Shown: piece after piece, positions 24,277-36,212 of the stretch | How the letters are laid out: every line of letters starts with the position of its first letter | How positions within the stretch are numbered: position 1 is the stretch's first letter | Assembly (NCBI GenBank): GCA_013239625.1 | Contig: MU053304.1 | Location: 2,108,001-2,172,000 of the forward strand | Length of the DNA: 64,000 nucleotides | DNA from: Lama guanicoe | Lineage: Eukaryota | Direction of reading: 5' to 3' | Position numbers and translations under genes: made by a program | Notes under the pieces: model-generated | Database searches by the model: none | Told to the model about the DNA's origin: nothing | The model's input: only the letters and a program-made list of their open reading frames with translations

Positions 24277-25004
24277 GCTGTGTGCACTCGTGACACCTGT
24301 GGCCTTTGACTGTTCTGTCACTGTACTTCCAAAGGCTGGGTGTGCCTGGCTCTCTACCCTGGGACTAAATCAGTGTGTCTATGTGGTATGCTCTTTTTGT
24401 GCTGAGTGTTTGGTTTACGGTGGATTTGAAAAAAACAGACATTAGAGAACAATTAAATAGCTTCTTCTTTCGCCCTCGTTGAGCTGACTTCTGGTCAACC
24501 TCCTGGGAAAACAGAGCAAAGGCCCAGAGGAACGTATGCCCTGTGGCCAAGGGACGGCCTCTGGAAAACGCAGTAAGTGGGCACGCTGGTAGTTAAAACT
24601 ATGGGCTGGGATGTAGAGGACAGTCACTGAGGGCAGATCTCAGTGCCACTCTTCCTGACAGGCAGGACCGAGGGAGGCCCAGGGTTCTGTTCTCAAACCA
24701 ACCGGGGTTGCCGGCCTCTGGGATTTGCCTTTTCCCAGTTAGGACTGCGTGTAGACTGATGCTAAAATCCATTTCCAGTCAGCCTCCAGGACAGCTTCAG
24801 AGTATGTCTGGTTGATAATTTGTAGCTGGTTGTATATTTTGTTTGGTTTTTGTTTTTCACTTGGTAACTGTAGGAATTATTTTAATGAAGTACCTATTCC
24901 TATTCGGGAACTCAGTTTTAAGACAAAGCATAAGTGTCATTAGGAGTCATAAGACTCACTTTCCGGGGCCAGTTCTTCTTTTTATTTTATAAATTAAAAA
25001 TTAA

Positions 25005-25170
25005 AAAAAACTTTTTATTGAACGTATCGTTGATTTCCAATGTTGTGTTAGTTTCAAGTGTACAGCAAAGTGATTCAGTTACAGAGATGCATATATAGAT
25101 ATTCTTTTCAGATTCTTTTCCGTGATAGGTCATTACAAGAAATTGCATATAGTTCCCTGTGCTATTCTTG
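25005..25170 (-). mobile_element. Artiodactyl-type L1 3' end
   Basis: tttttattgaacgtatcgttgatttccaatgttgtgttagtttcaagtgtacagcaaagtgattcagtt..atagttccctgtgcta. Confidence 0.8.
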
Positions 25171-25748
25171 TTGTCCTTGTTGAAGCTCCTCTGTTTGATA
25201 CAGTAGCCGGGGTGGCACAGAAATTTCCTCTCCTGGGGAAGGTAAGGAGGCTGGATCACTGCACAGCTGCTCTTGGCATTTGCATTTCTTTGAGTGAAGA
25301 GTCACTCAAGTTTTGCGATGCTGTTTGACTTTTTCCTCTCTTCCTCGGTGGGGAGAGATGCTGCCTGGGCAGGGAAGGGGGGTGGAAAGTTGCAGGAGAT
25401 AGGGGCTCCTTAATTGTTATCCTTTCTTAAGAGCAGATCCACCCTAAGCCTTTCATGACAAGCCCTTCCTCGTGGCTTCTCAGTAATTTGTGGGTCTGAG
25501 GATAAACAGGCAGATTCCGTAGCCCCTCCTGCCCAGCACACGCTTTGATGCTTTTACATCAGGAACTGGCCTTTCTGCAGGTGTGTGCGACATCCTGGTG
25601 TTCGAGCCACCTACCATGTGGGACAGTAGAAGCTGCTGCTTACTCTCTTTGTCTTCCAAGGATGTTCCCTTGGTGCTGAGCTGGGGCTGTGGGACCAGGT
25701 ACTGATGAGTGGCTATGTGGCTTTGAACTTAACTTCTTGGTAGCTTAG

Positions 25749-26225
25749 TGTATTAGTTTCCTGGGGCTGTTGTGACAAAGACAAACAGTGAGGCGTACAA
25801 GCTGGAAGGCGTAAGCAACAGGAATGTATTGTCTCACAGTTCCAGAGGATGGACGTCTCCAATCGAGGTGTTGGCAGGGTTGAATCCTTCCGAGGGCCGT
25901 GGGAGAGAATCTCTTCAGCCTCCCTCCTCGCCTCCGGAGGTTGGCTGGCCATCTTTGGCGTTTCCTTGGTCTGTGATAGCATCACTGCAGGCTTTGCATG
26001 GCGTTCTCCCTGTGGGTTTGTCTCTCTGTGTCCAAATTTCCTTTTTCCTAAGGACACCACCAGTCATCTCAGACTAGGGGTCCACCCTAGTCCAATATCA
26101 TCTCTTTCTAACTTAACTGATTATATTTGCAATGACCTATTTCCAAATAAGGTCACATCCTGAGGTGCTAGGGGTTAGGACTTCTACATAATGAAGTTTT
26201 GTGGGACACGATTCAACCTATAACA
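25749..26225 (-). mobile_element. MaLR LTR (MLT1C-like), full length
   Basis: tgtattagtttcctggggctg..tctcacagttccagagg..aaggacaccaccagtca..ctatttccaaataaggtcacatcctgaggtgctaggggttaggacttc..attcaacctataaca; 5-bp near-TSD cttag/cttcg. Confidence 0.88.
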
Positions 26226-26399
26226 CTTCGTGTGGGAGTTTAAATTTTTTTTAGTATCTTTCATATATCAAAATAATTCTCTCTACTTGAATCAACTACC
26301 AAAAGGAAAAAAAAATGTATTTTCCAAGTGGTGGCATAGATGTGTACTGGAGTGGAGTGGATGTCTTCCGCATGTCAATGTCATGGCTACTATTTTAGA

Positions 26400-27945
26400 C
26401 TTGATTTGATTAAAAAATTACCAAATAATTTCTGCTTAGGTAACAAACTAACACATTAGATAGTTTAAAAGTGTATAAAGGAGTTAATAATCTTGTCTCT
26501 CCCCTCATTCTCAATTCTGCCCTCAAAGGAACTTTCCCACAACTTTCCCTAGGTTTTTTACAAACACATACATATATAACTTTCCCTAGGTTTTTTACAA
26601 ACACACACACTTAGGTTTTTCTCATGTATTTAAATCATATAATCATTATATGATTTTTTCTTCACTTTACAAAATGTTTCTTAGGTTATGTCTTCTGGTC
26701 AGTACGTGTTGCTCCAACTCATTCCCTACTCCCTGCGTAGAATTCTGTGATGGAGCTGGATGGTAATTTATTCAGTCCTTTCTCTGTCAGGGAATATTTG
26801 GGCTGCATCCATCTTTTGTTTGTCTCTTTTTCTCCTGTAAATAATACTGCTATAAGGATCTGAGCACTGTCCTTGTGCTTGTATTTCTTTAGACAGAACT
26901 GGTAGAACTGGCGTTGCTGCCTCAAAGAGGATGCATGTTTTAAATTTTAGTGGCTGTCAATGAGGGCACTTTTGAGAGTTCATTAACGTGATCAAATGTT
27001 AATGTGGTTTTGACAAAAGTGCGAAGAAGAGTTTGCTGGAGAAAGGATAGTCCTTTCAACAAAATGATGCTGGAACAATCTATTTGCAAAACAACAGAAT
27101 CAACAGCATCAACAACAAACCCCAAATTTCAGCCCCTGCCTCGTACGTGTCCTACACAGAGATTCCCCTGAGATGCGTCCTAGATCCACGTGCGCCATGA
27201 AACCATGAAACTTCTAGACAGAAACAGCAGGAAGTCTTTGTGACTTTGTATATACATCTCTGTAAACATTACTACAATCAAAACTTTCTTTCGGTTGGGC
27301 AAAGATTTCTTAGAACAATGACAAAAACACATACAATAAAATAAAAATTGGGTAAATTGGACTTTATTGAAAACTGATAACTTCTGCTCTTTAAAAGATA
27401 TTTATAAGAGAATGAAAAGATAAGACAGACTGGGAGTAAAATACATGCAAATTAGGTATTTATAATAAAGGACTTGTATCTAGGGTATATAAAGGACTCT
27501 CAAAACTCAATAATAAGATAAACAACTGGATTAAAAAAACAAGCAAATGATTTGAACAAAGAAGTTATATGGAGAGGAAATAAACACATGAAAAGATGTT
27601 CAACATCATTAGTCATCAGGAAAATGTAAGTTAAAAGCACAATGAGATACAGAAGAGCTAAAATTAAAAAGGTTTCCACCATATCAAGTGTTGGTGAGGA
27701 TGTGGAGAAACTGGAACTGTCATACGCTGCTGGTGGGAATATAAAATGATTCAGAGCAGAATTGTAGCTGCCTGAGCCTGGAATAAAAAGAAGGGATTTG
27801 AAAAAGGCTTGAGGAAACTTGGGGGATGATGGATGTGTTCAACGTCTTGATTATGGTGATGGTTTCATGGGCTTACATATATGTCAAAACTTACGGAATT
27901 GTGCTGTGTATTACATGTCAACATACCTATATAAAGCTGTTACAG
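26400..27945. mobile_element. L1 fragments (minus-strand L1ME-like ~26400-26960; plus-strand L1M ORF2/3' end ~26990-27945)
   Basis: tagtcctttcaacaaaatgatgctggaacaa; aaaagatgttcaacatcattagtcatcaggaaaatgtaagttaaaagcacaatgagatac; aagtgttggtgaggatgtggagaaactggaac. Confidence 0.8.
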
Positions 27946-29480
27946 TGCACGTGAGGTTTTCACTGCATGCTGCACGTAGTACTGGGTGTTGGGGAATTAA
28001 GTGATACATAGTTTTTTCTCTCATTTTTGCAGATTCTCTGTAGCTTTCATTTTCTTTTAACTGGAAATTAAAATTCTAACCCAGAATGTAAATAATAAAC
28101 TCTATGTTTTTCTTAGACTTGCATTCTCTCCTTTTCACACGTTTCTTCATTTAGTTCTTGAGATGACATTTTCCATCAATCTCAGTTTTCCCATGGATCT
28201 GAGTGAAGCTAGTAGTTGAGCAAGGGAAGAAGTCTAAACCGAAAGATGGAACATTCAAGGTGATCCTTTGCTGATTCTTCCTCGTTCAGGTTGACCCTTC
28301 CTCCCGTCCTCCCATCCACCACCTCTTTCTAGCATGTTGGTTTTCCAACTGACGTTCCTAGTTGGCCCAGTGCTCTGTGGTTCTTTTTAGCTCTGTATCT
28401 CAGCTCCCGGCTCCTGCCCTAGTGGCCAGTAGATTCAAGAAATTTTGCTGTTGAGAAGGTGAATTTCTGGGATTGTGACCCCTGTGGCTGGCTGGGCCAC
28501 CTTCCTGCCATTTTTCTTTCCCTGGTAGAAAACACAGAGAGGATACAGGATGCAAAACTGGTAGTGGGTCTTGACTCTAGTTTGTGGGTGTAACATGCCT
28601 AGCAGATATAGGGTCTGGGGTTCTTATAAACAATTCCTTTTCTCAAGAAAATGGCAACTACAAAATTTAGATAAGATGGAACAACTTTACCAATGGCCAT
28701 TGAACCTTAGTAAAAAGCTATTGAGAAACATTCATGAAAATAAATTCAGTTTAGAGGATGTCTTCCCCCCCACAGGGAGGAAAATATGAGGAATTTGACT
28801 TAATCTCTTTTAAAGTAAAGAGCAAGGAATATAAGACTTTGTTCAATAAATAGATAATAAGATCATGTGACCTATTTTCCAATCTGAGGTCCTGTTGGGG
28901 TGATGAGGACACTATTAATAATTAACTGGAACAGCAGGTGTGAACTGTGATTCAGTCTCCTGGCAAACCAGGATGCGTGGTCACCCCTAAGTGTGGCATG
29001 TGAAAATGCTAGACTTCTGTTCCTATGTTCACTTCGGGGGTGGCAGAAAGAAATGAAATGGATTGAGGTGTGAGGGATGGCAGATGGGCAAGAAAGCCAG
29101 GAAAAGGGGACACGGGGGAGTTGAGGGGGTAAAAGATGTGCAGACACAAAAAGAGGAAGAAAGGGAAGAAGGGAGGAAGTCACATGGGCACCTAGCGCCG
29201 TCCCTGGCGGGTATGCCTGCTCCAGAGAAGTTAGCTGTCTGCCGCGTGCTCAGTGCAGCTGCCGGCTATTGGCTCCTGATACATGATTCCTTTGAGCAGA
29301 GACATCAGATGCTCGCACCTGCTCAGTGATGCTGAGTGCTTTAGTGGATTATTTGGCTCTATTGGAAAAACAATGCTTTTCAGATGAGCCTGGAAACTTC
29401 GCTGGGGGCTGGGGTGGGACGGTAGATCCAAAGCCACAGGGGCGGGCAGTTAGGGAGAAACGGGAGGTGACAGGAGAATG

Positions 29481-29640
29481 CAGTGGGCGGGGGCATTTGT
29501 TCCAGGACCCACCGTGGACACCAAAATCCACGGATGCTCAAGTCCCTAACATAAAATGGCACAGTACAGTCAGCCCTGTGTATCTGCTTATGCGGAACCT
29601 GCAGATGCAGAACCCGCGGACATGGATGGCGGGCCGACTG
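29481..29640 (+). mobile_element. TcMar-Tigger (MER2-like) element, second copy
   Basis: ttccaggacccaccgtggacaccaaaatccacggatgctcaagtccctaacataaaatggc...gggccgactg. Confidence 0.85.
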
Positions 29641-29935
29641 CCTTTAGGCTACAAGTCAGGCTGCGGTGGCCCATAGAGGCTACTGAGCAGTGGAGAGACC
29701 AGGGGTTTTTCAGTCAAGTGCCTGTGGATGCAAATCTTGGCTGCTTCACTTATTAGGGTTCACTGCAGGGCCTCTGAGTTTTGGGTTTTTTTTTTTTTTA
29801 ACCTTTAAAGTGGGGATAATAGCATTTAGCTCCTGACCATCTGTTGAGATGTGGAATACAGAGAGCCTAGCATGGTTGTTGGCAAATCACGGGGAGTCAG
29901 TAAAGACTAATTTCTTCCCCAGCTTCAGATCCAGA

Positions 29936-30627
29936 GGCAAACTGAGAACAGCAGCATAGCATTTTGGAACCAGGAGGATGAGGGGGGTTTGGTGTTTCCC
30001 AAAGTGTGTTCCGTGAAACACAGGCTCAGCGAGATGCTCACTGGAGTCTTGCCACAAAGGGTTCAGTCTTTGGCTGGGTTTGGGAAGTGCTTGGTGAAGC
30101 CAGTGCTTCAGTTTGTCAGCTTTGAGTTCAAGTTCTGTACCGAGGCACCCTGACAGCAGGTGCTCCTTTACAAAGGGACAGGGGTTACTTCCTCCCCTCG
30201 GTAGAAATGTATGGGGCATTGGCATCTTAAGGGCTACACGCAACCAGTGACTCAGACTCTCTTTGCTCGATACAGGACTTGAACTTAAAGTTGACAAATT
30301 GTGGGCCTGAGGTTTGGCTCCAGCCTGTAAAAATGTTTCCTTTGGCCCCCGTGGTGTATATAAAACTTTACAAATTAGTCTCCAGGATTGAAAAATTAGA
30401 GGAATTTCTAAAGAAAGCTGGACTTTTCTCTCAAAAACTGGGAGGGTCAAACCACAGGGGGCCTGGATTCTCACAGTGACCAAACCCGTCCAAAGGCTGA
30501 ACCCTTTGTGGCAAGACTCCATTGAGCATCTCACTGAGCCCGTGCTTCACGGAACACACTCTGGGAAACATCAGCCCTCCCTCATCTGCCGGGTTCCTAA
30601 ATACTGTGCTACTGTTCCCCGTTTGCC
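29936..30627. repeat. 148-bp inverted repeat (29936-30083 / 30480-30627), 396-bp spacer
   Basis: Hand alignment of the left arm to the reverse complement of the right arm is ungapped, about 21 mismatches in 148 nt. Confidence 0.92.
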
Positions 30628-31634
30628 CTTGGGGACCCCAGTCTAGTTCAGCTCCTTCGTTTGGCTGATGGGAGAACTGAATCCCAAGTTCGCTTAGGAT
30701 TGGAATCAGGACCAGATCCTCGGTCTCCTGATTCTTAAAGGCCAAGGCAATAAATATGTATGTGGCTAAGTTTATTGTTTTAGCACTGTCCAGGCTCTCC
30801 AAAGCTCACTCTGGGAGCCTGCGCTCAGCCCCAGAAGCATCCTTGCGCATCCCGTCTTCTGCCCTTGAGCACGTGGGAGGGCTTGCAAGAGGAGGTGGAG
30901 GCTTCGTCGACTTTTTAACCAAAAGCAGATCATTGTCTCCTACGTACCCCACACCAAGCAGCTAAAATTTCTCATTGTTACGGTGTTCGCTCTTTTGGGG
31001 CATTTTCACTGCCAAATATTGGAACAGATTGCCTCCAACAAAAGGGGTAAATTTAGAGGGTGGAGAGTAGTTTTAAATTGAATGAATTTCCACATTTCCC
31101 TCACAGATTATAGATCTACGAAGAACCATTCAAACACTAGTTTAGGAAACCCAAACTGAAAGACATCTGTAATGGAGGCAACGCTATTATGATTGAAGAT
31201 CCCTGTTTCCACCCAAAACACACTCAAAAGCTTCTGGCAGGTGTTTTCTGATCATCCTGGGAGCAGATCGGCTGCTGCTGACAGATAACCTTTCCAGGTA
31301 GGGCACCGTTCCACTTAACTCTGCCCATTTCCTGTAGAGTTACGGGATTCTGATGATTTTCATATGGAAAGTTCTTGGAATGAACTCAGACAGTGGCTTG
31401 AGCTATATACAGTGAATTAGACCTCCCACCCACCACGATCTACTGGGTTCATGAAAGCAGAAATGCTGTGCGCTTTCTGGTTCCCCAGGTTTCCTTCATC
31501 CCTCAGAGTTAGGGTATGGTTTGACACAGTTCTCTAGTACTCTTCCATTTGACCCCCTTCCAATAAAAGTTTATGAAGTTTATTGATAACTACTCTAATA
31601 ATTATTACACACTCTAATCAGAGCCAGAGTTAGG

Positions 31635-31680
31635 TCTGTCTGTCTGTCTGTCTGTCTATCAATCTATCCATACATCCATC
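31635..31680. repeat. (TCTG)n/(TCTA) tetranucleotide repeat
   Basis: tctgtctgtctgtctgtctgtctatc read directly. Confidence 0.85.
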
Positions 31681-34600
31681 CTTCAAATTTATTCTAATAG
31701 AATCTAGGAAAAAAGGAAAGGATGAGGTTGACTGCAGAATACAAAAGTCCTGGCCCATCTACGAGCTCAGAAAATATAATTACATGTTAAATACTTATAT
31801 AGTCTTGAAAAAGGTTGACTTTTGGTTAGCAAGGAAGACAGTTCAAATGCTTTTGAAGTACTTTACAATGAAAGCTACTTATACCTTTGAAACATTAAAA
31901 TAAGACTGAAGTAAAAGCCCTCAGATACTAGTCATATCATGAAGAGAGAGATTTAGTTGTATCTGAAAACCTAGACTATGGATAGCTACTGCTGAGCCTA
32001 AAACTCTTAGCTCTGAGCTTCCTGGCAGCCTGAATGAGAAGAGAAACATGATGAGTTACTTGGCCCTCATTACTTAATAGAAGAACATACATCAGCTCAT
32101 CTGGAGCCCCAAACTTTTTCTAAATTGAAGACCCTGGACATTACCATGTGGGACATCATAACACAGACTATTGAGCAATAATATTTTTTTGCCAAAGTCA
32201 CCCTTAGAAGTTGAAGAAATAAACAATTCAGTAGGAATACAAAGACTGTTTATGTGAGTTAATATCTGTGTCTTTTCCTGCCTGTCTTCATTTCTCATCT
32301 TCTGGAATCAGCGTCCCGATTCTGCCTTTGGGAACTCTTCTACCTCCTGTGCAGTGGAGGGACTCCACTCAGTTCAGAGGGGACAGTCAATCAATGTGTC
32401 TTCCTTTAGCTGTGAAGTTGAGGTGTACCCCAGATGTCTAGATTAATCAGACAACTTCTCCCAGGAGTGGGGATCCTGAGCAGGGTGGCAGAAAGGCTGA
32501 AAGTAACCCCATACTAGTAATTGTGCTCTCCACCAGCTGAAGGACTCTGTAGTTCTCGTGCATTGACCCGGGAGCAAAGGGATCCCTGTCCTTTCTGAGC
32601 TTGATTCTTCTGCCCTCCTTTTAATCCAGCATCACCGCAATCACTTATTATTATTTCTTTTTCTGCCCGAATGAGCCATAGTTGGTGCCAATTTCTTGCA
32701 GCCACAAAATGCTGATTGATACACAGGTGGGTTTTTATTTTTCTTGAGCCCATTGGTGTTCAGTCTTCAAATTCTGTTTCACAAACTGTGCTGTATGGAG
32801 CAGAGTGAGGGATCCATGCTTGAAGGGTCTCCAGGATACCAACTGGAAACCCAAGGATGCACTCAGGTCCCTCCTTATGGGGATACCTTATAAAAGGCGT
32901 GCCTGCTTAGTGAAGAAAGGATGCAAACATTTTGCCCCCTGGGATTTCTTCTGGACACGCCCTTACTTTAGTAAGCGCCACTGAACGAAAATACTCCTAA
33001 TTATCCTGTAGTCCTGGCCCACCTCGTCCATGTTCTGGCCCATCGCTGGAGAAGGCTTTTTGTCCTCATTGTTTATACGGGTGTAGCCCTGCTATTTGGC
33101 ATCTGCTATAAATCTGAAGGTTTTTTATAACTTGGATGTCATTTTCATCTTCCTGCCAAATCTCTGCGCTGAAAAAGCGAAGTGTCATGTTAAGTAATGA
33201 TCCTTTTGCTGCATCCAAAACAAATAAAGTAATTTTGGTACACATCATAAAGTGAACCCCTCTTGTCTCTGAGTCTGGGGTAGAAATGGTGTCAGGGATG
33301 CAAACAGCTGTTTGGGCCAAAAGAACCAAAAAGACATGGTCTCAGGCTGTCTGAACCTCAGTTCTTGAGAAACATTTGTAATCGCTGGTGAAAAATGTGA
33401 ATGGCTGTGTTAAGTTCACTCTAGGACAGTGTGGATTCTTTAGTGCAGAGAGTTAAACACCTCCAACTTTGACAGTCCTGACCTTCTGAGCAGAGAATGT
33501 AATTCCCTAGTTTTCAAGACCTGCTTTGCCGCTTTGATTTAATACAAGGCGGAAATCTTCAGAACAAAACGCCCTGGATGCAGGAAAAGTTCATCTGACA
33601 TCAGTTAGCTTGGGTCTCCCCCGCCCCCTTCCCCAGCCCAAGCCCACCCCCTGGTCTTTTCTCTAAGAGCTTGATGCTTTGTAGAAAATGAATGGCTTTG
33701 CAAAAGTGCAAATTTGGGAGAGTGTTTTACAACCAAAGAACATTCAAATCAGGATCCCCCCTGTGGGAATCCTCTTGGGGAAACTGAAATTATATTTTAA
33801 ATACTCATTAAAGAGCCAATATCTGTTTTAGGGTGTTGACAGACTGTCTGAATGGTACAGCTCAGTGGTTTTCTGGAAGGAGGGCGGTCTAGAGAATGAA
33901 GAATACGGAATCTAAAAAGACTTCTAATTGATGTGTCCCGCTCTCTGCTCTGTGGCTGGTAAACAGCACGGGCTCAGTGCCGATTTCGTTACTCCTTGGC
34001 CCAGAGAACTGGCGTTTTCCTTCCTGATGTAATTGAATGTCCTCGTTGAACAGAGGCTGACCTGTGAGATATGTGTGTGCTCTGAGGGGAGGGGATGCGT
34101 GCTGGCAGGGCACCCACGGACAGGGCAAGCATTCAGTGAAAACTTGGAGGGAGTGTTTGGGAAATAAAACTCGATTTGCAGGGACCTCCACTTTACCCGT
34201 GAGGCAGGCTTGCTCTGCGATTCGGGGCCACGTCTGTGTTTTCTCTCTTCTCTCCTCCTCTTTTCCCTACAATTAATGAGAGTGGAGTTCTTTCAATTCC
34301 TGCATTTCTTTGAACTCTCTTGCTAACTGCTGAGTCTTTTAGACAGTTTTTTTATAGCTTTCCCAGGGGGGTGATCATCACCTGTCCTTTCTCCTATTTT
34401 CCTGTTTCACCGATGATGGGCTTCTGATTGGCAGGAAGTCACAGCTGAAATGGACAGAACCAACTTTGGCTGTGGCTTCAATGCCATTATTTTGGGGAGG
34501 GGTCTTTTTTTTTTTAATTGCTTTTCTTTCTTTTTTTTTTTTTGCTTATGGTTAAGGGGCATTATCTTTGCATTAGATAGTCATCCAAATCCATTTCTTG

Positions 34601-35706
34601 GATTGTGGCTGAAGAGGACAAATGGGTTCATTTTGATATGAAAACAGGAAGAAATGGATATATTGTTGATTTCTTGTAAAATGTATTAAAAGGTCTCTAT
34701 TGGAACTTAGAAGATGCCTGCCTTCATCATGTTAAAGAACTGATGCTGTTGATATGTATATTTTTATTTCAACTCTTGGTCCCTCTTAATAGGAAATTTA
34801 ATGTTGACGTGAAGCTCTTAATGCATCATGGTAAATAAGAAAATGTGTGCCAAAGAAAATTATTCTTTATCTCTTGGATTTCTGTGGGCCTGTCAGACTT
34901 TGGAGAAATTTTATGTAGCATAACAATTTCATAAGTGTTAACATTTTTTTAACTTCACATAAATAGGAGCAGAAGCCTGCTTCAGGAATTTAAAACTAGA
35001 TTAAGGTTGGTCAAAGCAGAAGGCAAAGCCATGGTCCCGTTATAACTCATATCCTTGGGGTTTTGAGCAGCGGGCTTGGTAGTGGAATAAACTCAACAAA
35101 AATACTCTTCCTGTGGATGAATAATTCTTGACCTGTGGATCTTGGAGCTCCAGAGGGTCATGGAATTATTTCAAGATATCTCTGAACCTGATGTGAATTA
35201 TGTGTTTCCTATAGACTCCAAAAATATACCGTGCCAAAAATCAACTCCTTTTAATATCCTGCATGCTTTATTTAAAGCAGTATTTATTTGAAATCATTAT
35301 TGATTCGTAGTGGCTTGGCTTTTGGGCATCATGCATATTTTCAGTTAGTGGGTATACCAGCGTCAGTGCGAGTTAGCAGCATGTTGGATTTCAAAGGGAT
35401 AATGATACTTGAAAGAGTTGGGTGCTGTAGATTTGATGAATACCAAATACAGGGGTAAAAAATAGGCCGAGTGTCTGAGACTTGTCACCGTGCTTCTCTT
35501 CATGTCCCTTTCTTCCAGGTTTTACTTTCAACAAGTGTTCATTGACCTTTTATTTTGGGGTGAGGAGCCACATTAAGTTCTAAGGTGGATCTAAAAAGAG
35601 GGGCTCAAGAAGGTTGCAGTCAGTTAAATACTAATGAGATGGTTGTTATCACAGAGGAGACGTCCATCCTCCGATGCTGTGAGAGACAAAAGATGAGGGC
35701 CTTTGT

Positions 35707-36212
35707 TTCTTTTTTTTTTTTTAAGATAGATCCATCTGTTTTTATTGAGTATAGTTGATATACAATGTTATGTACATTACAGGTGTACAATACAGTGATT
35801 CACATTTTTAAAGGTTATACTCCACTTATAGTTATTATAAAATATTGGCTCTACTCCTCGTGTTGTACAGTATATCCTTGTAGCTTATTTTATGCTTAAT
35901 AGTTTGTACCTCTTACTCTCCTACCCCCTCCCTCTCCCCACTGGTAACCACTAGTTTGTTCTCACTATCTGTGAATCTGTTTCTTTTTTGTTATATTCAC
36001 TAGTCTGTTGTATTTTTTTAGAGTCCACATGTAAGTGATATCACCCAGTATTTGTCTTTCTCCACCTGATTTATTTCACTTAGCATAATGGCCTCCAAGT
36101 CCATCATGTTGCTGCGGATGGCAAAAGTTTGTTCTTTTCTCTGGCTGAGTAATATTCCATTGTATATGGATACATAGTTTTGATCCATTCATCTGTTGAT
36201 GGGCACTTAGGT
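35707..36212 (-). mobile_element. L1MA-type 3' end with poly(T) and perfect 13-bp TSD
   Basis: tgagggcctttgt at 35694-35706 and 36213-36225; body ccactggtaaccactagtttgttctc..ccacatgtaagtgatatc..atttcacttagcataatg. Confidence 0.9.

Noticed and set aside
23957..24445. 162-aa ORF
   Set aside because: Mostly a translation of MLT1 LTR sequence, with a GTG start.
29887..30534. 215-aa minus-strand ORF
   Set aside because: Spans the inverted repeat, has no recognisable domain or convincing exon structure; probably a chance ORF.
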